Below the pieces are notes generated by a model. The model had not been told where the DNA came from and searched no databases. It saw only the letters and a list, made by a program, of their open reading frames with translations. A stretch of 64,000 bases of DNA from an uncultured Bdellovibrionales bacterium. Its GTDB lineage: Bacteria > Bdellovibrionota > Bdellovibrionia > Bdellovibrionales > JAMPXM01. Both the position numbers and the translations under genes were made by a program. Location of the stretch: positions 7 through 64,006 of the forward strand of contig CALBDW010000092.1 in assembly GCA_937927435.1 (NCBI GenBank), read 5' to 3'. Positions 44,489-52,005 of this stretch are shown piece by piece (within the stretch, counting starts at the first letter, position 1; each line of letters begins with the position of its first letter).

Positions 44489-47113
44489 ATGCGTGTTGTG
44501 CGCCAAATTCGAGCAAGTGTGGCGAAATTTTTCCAGTATTCCCAGTACCGGAAGCTTTTCGGTTTCTTAGGTGCTGGCGTAGTGGCTTCCGGTTTACTGG
44601 CGGCGTGCGGCTCGTTCTTTGACGACCGTTCTCAACCTAAAGTCGCCCGGCTGGATGAAACTTCCCTTTCGTGCATGAAAGAGGTGCCGAATTCCATCGA
44701 GAATTGGACCCAGGGGCACGTCACGGATGATATCGGCGCGTCGATCGATTGTTTAACGGCAGCATTCGACAAGTTTCTTACGCGTGTCCGTGGTGAAGGA
44801 GAAGAGGGGTGGCACGCGGAAGAGATCGCTCAGTTCATTTCCGGCGAGTTTGATCTCGCTCCCGAGGAGCTTCAGGAAAAAGTAAATGCCGCTTTGACGT
44901 TGAAGCAGGTCCTGTTTGGTGGACGTGAGACGACGTTGAAGCGCGCCGAGGTGGTTTACTTGCGCGAGCTGCTGCGCAAGTTGAAGCCGTGGCTTGCGGA
45001 ATTGGCGCCGCTGATGCCCGTCATCACTTTGAAAGCTGAGTACGGGACCATTGTGGAAGCCGAAGAAGCGGCTCGTCTCCTCAACATTGTAGCGAATGAG
45101 CTCGCGGCGCAAATCAAACTTAGTCGCTCGTTCATCGGCGTGAGCTTGGTCGAAAAAGCCCCGGCTGAGTATTCGTTTGAAAAGATCGCCGATGCGTTGG
45201 CTGTTTTCGGGGTCGATCGTGACATTCTCGATTCCTGGCTGCCTCTTGCCAAGAGCGCCAAGGTTATCCTTGCTGGAGGAGAGCCTGATCGTATTGAGCG
45301 TTCGCGCTTGCCTCGGTTGGTTTTGGCGGGCGGCGAAGTTTGGGGAATCTTTCTCCGTGCCCGCTACGGTTTAATCGAGAGCGATGACCTGTTCGGCCGG
45401 GATCTCGAGGCGCTGGCGGCGGCGGTATACGACGGGCTCGAGGAGCTTGGGCGCTCCATTCAAGCCCAATCCCCAGAGCCGATCATTCGTGTTGAGAAAT
45501 TGGAAGCACTCATTGAGGCTCTTGGTGACAAAGGTCTCATTCCGCTTGGCTTGAAAGCTTCGACGGTTAAGGGGCTATTACCGGCTGTTTTGACCAAGTT
45601 CCTCCATGGGAATTGGAACCCAGACCGCGAGCTTAAGAAGCAGGGATTTGATTTTGATCACTTGAATAAGCTCCGCCTCGCTTTCGACGACTGGCTTGAA
45701 GGACAGCGGTCCCTCAACCGGGTTTATGAAAACCGGCCGGATGCGACCTCGGGATTCGACGCTTTTTCTCGGGCATGGCACGAGGAAACCGCCGATCCGG
45801 CCGTCGCGAATCGCCGTTTCCGCATCGAGCTGAGTGAGCTTCTTTCGAACGCGTATGCGTTCACTACCGATGAGGAATTGCGTCCGTTTATCTTCAAGAA
45901 TTCAATCTACGCGGGGGTCAAGAAGAGCGACCTGGACCGATTGAATATCGCGCGCGCGATCGGGGGATTGATCATTTACGGTTATCCTTACGACAGTGGG
46001 GCGGCGAGAAGCGCAGCAGGTCTTACGGAGCGTGAGGTCGTCGAATTCGTTCTCGATATCCGCCAACTCGGTATCGACCTCGGCATCACAGACGTCCGCA
46101 GCATGAAGGCCGGGCCTCGTACCTATATGGAAGCGAGCCTCTTCACGTCGCTCGCGAAAGGGCAGGACAAAGTCGGGTTACATCAAGCGGTGGAGTGGTT
46201 CGCGATCGCGTATGGATCTCAGCAGGCGTCGACCCGCTATTATCAGTCTCTACTGGGCGAATGCGGTACCGGTCAATATGACAGCCTCGGTCGCGAAAAA
46301 CTTGTTCCGTCTTGCTTCCGAAAGGCGTTCGTTCGTGACTTTGATCGAATCTTCGCGAATCTTCCGGATTTTCTCGCTTGGGTTCATTCGACGGGCGATA
46401 GGCAGATGCCCGAAAAACTGCTGGAGCAGATCGAGCTCGCGACGCGTTCAGATGGGATATCGGAAAGACCTCTTGAGCCCGCTGATGCGCTTTCGATGTT
46501 CCCTGTTGTTCACTACGCGGAAAATCTTGTGCGGGTGCATGACCGCGATGGCAACGGCATTCTCGATGAGAAAGAGGTGAACGATTACTTCCCGATTATC
46601 GCGCCGTTTATCCGTCTCATGGCGAACGGTAAAGCCGAGAGCGTGAGTACGCAGAAGCAGATTTATCAGTACATACTCAATCATGGGGAACCGCCGGATC
46701 CCTCGTCGTGGTGGACCTTCATTCAGATCGGCTGGGATAAGATCAAGAACCAATTCCAGAAAAAAGAGGCTACCCGATACGACATTCTACGGATTATCGC
46801 AGGTTTGAACTCGTACGGCCGTCGTGTCCGTTACCAAAATATCCGCCAATATTTCGACGCGAATATTCTGACCCTGGAAAAATCAATGGCGGCAGGCAAA
46901 AGAGATGTCGCAGAGAAATTGACCGATCTTTTCCAATGCTTGCCGGAAGCGGTCAACGACTTCGCGGACTTAATGAAACGGAATGTCCGTTACATTATGG
47001 CGCGGCAGAAATTGGGCCATGCCAACTACATCACGGCCGACATGTTCACAAAGAGGATTCAAACTCTGCTGGCGAACGATCCGAGGTTCGCGGCTCGTTG
47101 CTTACCTTTCTAA
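44489..47113 (+). CDS. 874-aa lipoprotein of unknown function with one canonical EF-hand loop
   Basis: Lipobox LLAAC. EF-hand DRDGNGILDEKE (D-x-D-x-N-G-x-L-x-x-x-E). No other family recognised. The stop TAA at 47111-47113 overlaps a degenerate repeat arm. Confidence 0.6.
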   Translation: MRVVRQIRASVAKFFQYSQYRKLFGFLGAGVVASGLLAACGSFFDDRSQPKVARLDETSLSCMKEVPNSIENWTQGHVTDDIGASIDCLTAAFDKFLTRVRGEGEEGWHAEEIAQFISGEFDLAPEELQEKVNAALTLKQVLFGGRETTLKRAEVVYLRELLRKLKPWLAELAPLMPVITLKAEYGTIVEAEEAARLLNIVANELAAQIKLSRSFIGVSLVEKAPAEYSFEKIADALAVFGVDRDILDSWLPLAKSAKVILAGGEPDRIERSRLPRLVLAGGEVWGIFLRARYGLIESDDLFGRDLEALAAAVYDGLEELGRSIQAQSPEPIIRVEKLEALIEALGDKGLIPLGLKASTVKGLLPAVLTKFLHGNWNPDRELKKQGFDFDHLNKLRLAFDDWLEGQRSLNRVYENRPDATSGFDAFSRAWHEETADPAVANRRFRIELSELLSNAYAFTTDEELRPFIFKNSIYAGVKKSDLDRLNIARAIGGLIIYGYPYDSGAARSAAGLTEREVVEFVLDIRQLGIDLGITDVRSMKAGPRTYMEASLFTSLAKGQDKVGLHQAVEWFAIAYGSQQASTRYYQSLLGECGTGQYDSLGREKLVPSCFRKAFVRDFDRIFANLPDFLAWVHSTGDRQMPEKLLEQIELATRSDGISERPLEPADALSMFPVVHYAENLVRVHDRDGNGILDEKEVNDYFPIIAPFIRLMANGKAESVSTQKQIYQYILNHGEPPDPSSWWTFIQIGWDKIKNQFQKKEATRYDILRIIAGLNSYGRRVRYQNIRQYFDANILTLEKSMAAGKRDVAEKLTDLFQCLPEAVNDFADLMKRNVRYIMARQKLGHANYITADMFTKRIQTLLANDPRFAARCLPF

Positions 47114-47196
47114 AACGGGCTCATGAGATTGAGGAGGGCTGAAACCGCAGCCGTTTCAGCCCATCCGCGCCATCACCACGGAAGTGAGCCAGTTCG
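47111..47196. repeat. 86-bp doublet of the repeat family with degenerate left arm and internal hairpin
   Basis: The left arm TAAAACGGGCTCAT-GAGA-TTGAGGAGGG (47111-47138) matches 12/14 positions in the first block and 5/10 in the second. The right arm is CATCACCAC-GGAA-GTGAGCCAGTTCG (47171-47196). The centre holds a perfect 10-bp stem, GGGCTGAAAC/GTTTCAGCCC (47136-47162). Confidence 0.6.
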
Positions 47197-47202
47197 TACG
47201 GG

Positions 47203-48045
47203 TTAAACGGGGCGTTCCGTCAGGCCCAGGGCCATGCGCTCATACTCTTCAAGCGGCTTCCGCACGTTCGCCATCGAGCCGAGGGCTCCTCCCGACACGG
47301 CGGCCGCTCCTCCGATGAGCAGGGTGAGGAAGATCGTCCAGCCGGCGGCTTGCAGGCCTTTGGCGGCGGCTTCACGGGCTTGCACGAGGGCTTGGTCGAC
47401 GCGTTCTCTGAGGGTGGCGATCCGGCGATCCGCTTCCGCACGTGAAATGCCAGCTTGGTAAGCGAGATAAGTTTTGGCGTTTTCAACGTCTCCGCGGATC
47501 AACCGCGAAGCCAAACCGGTTGTCACCGTTTGCGGATCGGACTTGAGTTTCAGGTCGCCGATGGCTCCCTCAATCGCCGCGTTGACGGCTGGAATTTCAA
47601 CAGCTCGTTGCGCTCCGGTCGCGGCCACTTGACCGACGCCTCGTGCGGTCGCGAACACGGTATGTCCGAGCCACCCGACGGCTGTCGCCATTTGATAGAA
47701 GAGTATCCCGAAAAAGAGGGACGCGATCACGAGCCCTTGCGCGGAGCCGATGCGGCCCGTGTGCGTTTTCGAGATTCGGGCTGCGAAATACGAGCCGGCG
47801 AAAAGAGCGATGAGGCTTGAGCACAAAAGCCAGAGTCCCGTGAAGACGGTCGCTCCTTGCGCGCTAGCGCCGTCGGCAAGACCGATTCCGCCGAAGGCTA
47901 GGCCGAGTGAAAGCATCAGAGCGAAGGTGAGGAGCGCAACCAGAAGGCCAGCGACGATCGATCGCCAACTGACCAAAGGATGATACCGGGTCAACTCCGT
48001 TTCTATCGGCGTTGAATGTGTGAGAGTTTGGTTCTTCGTTGCCAT
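47203..48045 (-). CDS. membrane protein (about 4 TM) with C-terminal helical domain, function unknown
   Basis: Hydrophobic segments VAGLLVALLTFALMLSLGLAF, LWLLCSSLIALFAG, LVIASLFFGILF and a C-terminal TIFLTLLIGGAAAV. No recognisable family. Confidence 0.5.
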   Translation of the reverse strand: MATKNQTLTHSTPIETELTRYHPLVSWRSIVAGLLVALLTFALMLSLGLAFGGIGLADGASAQGATVFTGLWLLCSSLIALFAGSYFAARISKTHTGRIGSAQGLVIASLFFGILFYQMATAVGWLGHTVFATARGVGQVAATGAQRAVEIPAVNAAIEGAIGDLKLKSDPQTVTTGLASRLIRGDVENAKTYLAYQAGISRAEADRRIATLRERVDQALVQAREAAAKGLQAAGWTIFLTLLIGGAAAVSGGALGSMANVRKPLEEYERMALGLTERPV

Positions 48046-48062
48046 GGTTGTCCTTCCTTAAC

Positions 48063-49022
48063 TTAGAAGTTCACAGCTGCTCTGAGCCCCAGGACGGCGG
48101 GATATTTGTCCTCAAGTTTCGCGGTCAGCACGGTGTAGTGGAGGTTGACATCCATATTGAGTTGCTGTGTCGCGAACTTATATCCTCCGCCGAGCCCGAA
48201 AGCCGGCGCGTCTTGGGTAGCTTCATTCTTGTTTCGCGTGAGCGCATAGCCGACGTCGCCCATGATGTACGGGCGGCCACCGCCCATAGTAGATGCGCCC
48301 ATCGGATACAGTTCAGCACCGAGGCCAAAGTTGATGAATCGGTGGGCGTCGGATCCGGCAGAAAGGTTGAAGTCAGCAAACGCCTTCGCCGAGATCAGAT
48401 CTCCGAACGGCATGAGGTAAGCCGCATTGATGTTGTAGAGCATTTGGTCCGATTCCATTCCCGTGCTAAAGGCCGGGCCGGCGCCGATTTGGAAAGCTCC
48501 CCTGCGGTCGGGGCGAGCGAAGAGAGGGCTCGGCGCACGAACATCGCCGACTCCCATCGGAGACTTTGCCTCATCGAGCGATTGGGGCGCGCCTGAAACC
48601 GTGCCTCGTTTGTAATGTTTTTTGGCGGGTGCGTCCGTCGTTGTTCCGCTGACAGTGCCTTCATCGAGCACGTTGCTTGTAGCGGACCGGACATGGCTCT
48701 GGTTCAGCCGGGCCTGTGGGAGCGGTTCGATGCTCGAAGAGACGATTTTGTTTTCGATTACTTTATCGATTCGCAGGGCGAGGGCGTCGTCCCGCATGGT
48801 GATCGATGGCTCCAATATGATGTCGGCCAAATCTTCGGAGGCGACCAAGCGGTGTTCGGGCATCTCCGCAACGGCTTTTTCGACCATTTGAGTGATCTCT
48901 TCGATCTGGTCTCGGGTGAGTCCGACACCTCGGGTTTCGCGAACGAAAATGTCAGCCGCGAGAGCGGTCGCTCCAACGAAGAACAATGCCGTAACGGCAG
49001 CAAGGCGAATGATCGGTTTCAT
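48063..49022 (-). CDS. outer-membrane beta-barrel protein with N-terminal periplasmic domain
   Basis: Signal peptide MKPIIRLAAVTALFFVGATALA. The C-terminal ~170 aa have alternating strands and end in ..LGLRAAVNF (terminal aromatic residue typical of OMPs). Confidence 0.6.
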   Translation of the reverse strand: MKPIIRLAAVTALFFVGATALAADIFVRETRGVGLTRDQIEEITQMVEKAVAEMPEHRLVASEDLADIILEPSITMRDDALALRIDKVIENKIVSSSIEPLPQARLNQSHVRSATSNVLDEGTVSGTTTDAPAKKHYKRGTVSGAPQSLDEAKSPMGVGDVRAPSPLFARPDRRGAFQIGAGPAFSTGMESDQMLYNINAAYLMPFGDLISAKAFADFNLSAGSDAHRFINFGLGAELYPMGASTMGGGRPYIMGDVGYALTRNKNEATQDAPAFGLGGGYKFATQQLNMDVNLHYTVLTAKLEDKYPAVLGLRAAVNF

Positions 49023-49192
49023 GGGGGAATCCTCCTATTGACCCAGCATCCGGGCAGGACCGGAAAAACTCCAGCCAATAGGGAGGTTTGTCGTTAGCTA
49101 AACGACGGCGCCTATCTCTGTCAGGATTTCGACTTCCGGGCGCAACAAGTGATTATTCGTGCCTCTTGCGAAAAGCGGGCACCGTGCTTTCG

Positions 49193-49795
49193 TTAGGACA
49201 TTTGGCCGTCGGAGAGGTTCCGGCCCGGCCCGCTTAACGGAAAGGTCTTGATGACTTCGTAGACCGGGTGAGGGCCTCGCTGAATGCTTTCATAAAGCGC
49301 GATGGATTCGATGCGAAGGTCGTCAAATGTCGTGCGTACGTAAGGTGAAAGGAGATCGTCGACCGCACGCGCTTTTCTCAGGCGTCCGAGGGTCAGGTGT
49401 GGAACGAATTCGCGGTCTTCTTGCGGGAAACCTGATTGAACAAGAGCTTCGCGTAAAGCCCATTGTAATTCGCTCAAAGCGCGGCTGTTGCGTATTCCGG
49501 CCCACAGCACGCGCGCGTGGCGCGTGTCGGGGAATGCTCCGAATCCGCGGATCGAAGTCGAGAAAGCGGCGTGCTTTTGTCCCACTGATTCGATCAGGCG
49601 TTCCAGATCGGGGATCCGTTCAGGGGGAGTCGCGCCCAGAAAATTGAGGGTAACATGAAGATTTTCTTTCGGGACCCAATTCACTTCCATGCGTCTTTGT
49701 TGGGCCCCGATTCGAGTGCGTTTGATCGCCGCTTCGAGTTCGGTGCCGATTTCGACGGAGAAGGCGATAAAGAGGCGGCGAGTTCGTGTATCCAT
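49193..49795 (-). CDS. thpR: RNA 2',3'-cyclic phosphodiesterase (2H phosphoesterase, LigT/ThpR)
   Basis: Two H-x-T-x motifs, NLHVTLNFLG and VPHLTLGRL. 200 aa. Confidence 0.85.
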   Translation of the reverse strand: MDTRTRRLFIAFSVEIGTELEAAIKRTRIGAQQRRMEVNWVPKENLHVTLNFLGATPPERIPDLERLIESVGQKHAAFSTSIRGFGAFPDTRHARVLWAGIRNSRALSELQWALREALVQSGFPQEDREFVPHLTLGRLRKARAVDDLLSPYVRTTFDDLRIESIALYESIQRGPHPVYEVIKTFPLSGPGRNLSDGQMS

Positions 49796-49923
49796 GATTT
49801 CATGCTAGTAGGCGACGGCGCTGTAGGCAACGCTCAGCCGGCGGCAGGGAAGAGAGTGAGAAATCGCTTCGCAGTTCCGATCGTTTCAGCTACTTTTAAT
49901 TTACGGAAACAAAAGGAGTAGAC

Positions 49924-50040
49924 ATGGCTCGCAAAAAGAAAGTGTCTCGTAAGCGCAATCCGGCCGTCCGCCATCATAAGAAGCGCATTCTCAAAAAGAA
50001 GAAGCTCATTAAAGGGCACAACCGGCGCGCGAAGAAGTGA
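49924..50040 (+). CDS. 38-codon highly basic small ORF (absent from the ORF track because it is <60 aa)
   Basis: AAGGAG is 6 nt upstream of the ATG. Sequence MARKKKVSRKRNPAVRHHKKRILKKKKLIKGHNRRAKK. Followed by a GC-rich hairpin at 50065-50117. Confidence 0.5.
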   Translation: MARKKKVSRKRNPAVRHHKKRILKKKKLIKGHNRRAKK

Positions 50041-50064
50041 GCTGAGTGCCTCCCATCCAATCAC

Positions 50065-50117
50065 GCCGGGACCGGTCTCTCAGGAAAAGTTGAACGCTTT
50101 TAGGGACCGGTTCCGGC
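50065..50117 (+). terminator. long imperfect hairpin downstream of the small basic ORF
   Basis: GCCGGGACCGGTCTC ... GGGACCGGTTCCGGC: about 13 bp of pairing with 2 mismatches, a ~22-nt loop, and no clear U-tract. Confidence 0.35.
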
Positions 50118-50244
50118 GCGAATGACAATTTCCGTCAGCGGCCCCTTCCTCCCAACTGCCCAAATTCGTCCTCGCTTTTGAAGTTTGTTTCCCTTTCGCG
50201 GCGCCTGAACCGCCCCAGCTCGAATTCTTTCGTATCTGAGAATA

Positions 50245-50258
50245 GGCACGGAGGTTGC
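50245..50258 (+). promoter_or_regulatory. candidate sigma-54 (-24/-12) promoter upstream of the ExbB/gliding cluster
   Basis: GGCACGGAGGTTGC has the GG-N10-GC spacing of TGGCACG-N4-TTGC. Lies ~95 nt upstream of the start at 50350. Confidence 0.4.
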
Positions 50259-50349
50259 CACAGAACCTCGCGGAATTTCCTTATGCGAAATTGATGGCGG
50301 GTAGCGGATCTAACGGTTGAACATCCGCCCGCCGGGGAAGGGAAGAGAT

Positions 50350-51006
50350 ATGTCGAGTGTGATTGTAACGGCGTTTCGTGAAGGCGGCATCTGGATGGGT
50401 TTCATCTTAGTCGCCCAATTGGCATCGATCGCGATCATCGTGGAGCGGGTTTACGCTCTCTATATCGCGCGTAAGCCCGACCAAAGAAAACTGGTCGAGC
50501 TCTTCGAGCGTGACATCAAGAGCGGGGATCTCGACCGCGTGATCGCTCAGGCCCGCAATATGGGGGCGGCTCCGATTGCGGCGGTCGCGGCGGCTGGCGC
50601 TCAGGCCGCGAAAGACATGGGTGGAAAAGAAGAAATCCAGCTCAAGATCGATGAGATTCTCCTTGAAGAGCAGTCGCGCCTTGAAAAGCGCACGGGCTTT
50701 CTCGCGATGCTCGGTAACGTCGGAACCCTGTTGGGGCTTTTGGGAACGATCGTTGGTCTGATCCGCGCGTTCGCGTCGGTCGGTGCGGCGAGCCCGATCG
50801 AGAAAGCGGCGCTTCTCTCGCAAGGTGTTTCCGAGGCGATGTACGCGACGGCTTATGGTCTTATCACGGCCCTGCCGGCGTTGATCATGTACTCGGTTCT
50901 GCAAAACCGTTCGAACCAGCTTTCGGAAGACCTCTCAAAAGCGGCGCTCAAGATCTACATCTGGTTGGGATTCAACTACGAATCCGTGCCGGCTGCTAAG
51001 AAGTAA
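50350..51006 (+). CDS. MotA/TolQ/ExbB-family proton channel (AglR-like)
   Basis: Start at the ATG at 50350 (RBS GGGAAGGGAAGAG). Three TM segments. LGNVGTLLGLLGTIVGLIRAF and AMYATAYGLITALPALIMY are family signatures. Confidence 0.85.
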   Translation: MSSVIVTAFREGGIWMGFILVAQLASIAIIVERVYALYIARKPDQRKLVELFERDIKSGDLDRVIAQARNMGAAPIAAVAAAGAQAAKDMGGKEEIQLKIDEILLEEQSRLEKRTGFLAMLGNVGTLLGLLGTIVGLIRAFASVGAASPIEKAALLSQGVSEAMYATAYGLITALPALIMYSVLQNRSNQLSEDLSKAALKIYIWLGFNYESVPAAKK

Positions 51007-51017
51007 GGAGAGTTTTT

Positions 51018-51491
51018 ATGGCTGCAGTGGCTTCGGGATCCGGCGACGAAAAGAAGGAGCTGAACTTCGAGTTGGACCTTCTTCCGGTCATCTCGATGCT
51101 CTCGGTGTGCATCTGCTTTCTCCTCCTGACGGCTGTGTGGACGCATATCGGGGCACTCAATATCGAACAAGGTTTGGGACAAGAGTCCACGCGCTCCGAC
51201 ATTAAGGCCGCTTCGATTTGGATTTCGATCAAGCAAGGAGGCGAAGTGGTTCTGCAGATGATGGACGCGCCGGCCGTGCCCAAAAACTTGCGGGAGAAGC
51301 GGTTCTCGCTCCGCTCGCAAAACGGATGGCGCGCGCTTGAGAAGCACGCCGCCGAAGTCAAGAGGATCATGCCCGATTTAAAGACGGCATTGATCATGCC
51401 GGACGCCTCGATCAACTACGGCGACGTTATCCGGCTGATGGACCGACTGAAGGCCTTGGAGATCGGCGAAATCGGAATCGCGCCACTCTGA
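51018..51491 (+). CDS. ExbD/TolR-family protein
   Basis: 157 aa. N-terminal ELDLLPVISMLSVCICFLLLTAVW TM segment, then a periplasmic domain. Follows the ExbB-like gene. Confidence 0.8.
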   Translation: MAAVASGSGDEKKELNFELDLLPVISMLSVCICFLLLTAVWTHIGALNIEQGLGQESTRSDIKAASIWISIKQGGEVVLQMMDAPAVPKNLREKRFSLRSQNGWRALEKHAAEVKRIMPDLKTALIMPDASINYGDVIRLMDRLKALEIGEIGIAPL

Positions 51492-51501
51492 GGAAAGGTA
51501 A

Positions 51502-52005
51502 GTGAAGATGAGACACGCAAGTATAGTCGACGCGAAAATGAGATCTCCGCTCCAAGAGGCGATGCGGCTCAATCCGCGCGGCGGCCGGCGCGGCAAGAAA
51601 AAGATGGTTGTCGCGCTCGTGCTGACCTCGCTCGTCGACGCGTTCTGCATCATGCTGCTCTATCTACTCGTACAGAATACGGGCAATCCCTCGACCGTCG
51701 ACCTCAAACGCATTGAAAACCTTCCCGAAGCGGTTAAAGCCGAGGCTCTTCATAACGGTACTTTGGTTCGCGTCGAGAAAGGGAAGTATTTCATCGGCGA
51801 TAAACCGGTTTCGCAAGTGAATCTCGCGAAGGAACTCCAGCTTTTAAAAGCGAAGCTTGGAGATTCGAAGGACGGCGAGGCATTGATTGTCCAAGCTGAT
51901 AAAACTTCGGATTTCGCCGCCGTTATTCCGGTTATCCGAGCGGGCTCGATCACGGGATTCCACAAATTCCGTTTTGCGGTTCTGCAAAGCGAGGCTCAAT
52001 TATGA
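51502..52005 (+). CDS. ExbD/TolR-family protein (second copy)
   Basis: 167 aa. LTSLVDAFCIMLLYLLV TM segment. ALIVQADKTSDFAAVIPVIRAGSITGF periplasmic domain. Confidence 0.8.
   Translation: MKMRHASIVDAKMRSPLQEAMRLNPRGGRRGKKKMVVALVLTSLVDAFCIMLLYLLVQNTGNPSTVDLKRIENLPEAVKAEALHNGTLVRVEKGKYFIGDKPVSQVNLAKELQLLKAKLGDSKDGEALIVQADKTSDFAAVIPVIRAGSITGFHKFRFAVLQSEAQL

Noticed and set aside
31086-47196. Interpretation of the repeat doublets as integron attC sites and of the island as an integron cassette array.
   Set aside because: No intI-type integrase or attI is in the window. The arms lack the attC R''/R' cores (RYYYAAC / GTTRRRY). Half-sites occur alone, and cassette genes are in both orientations. 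The resemblance is only architectural.
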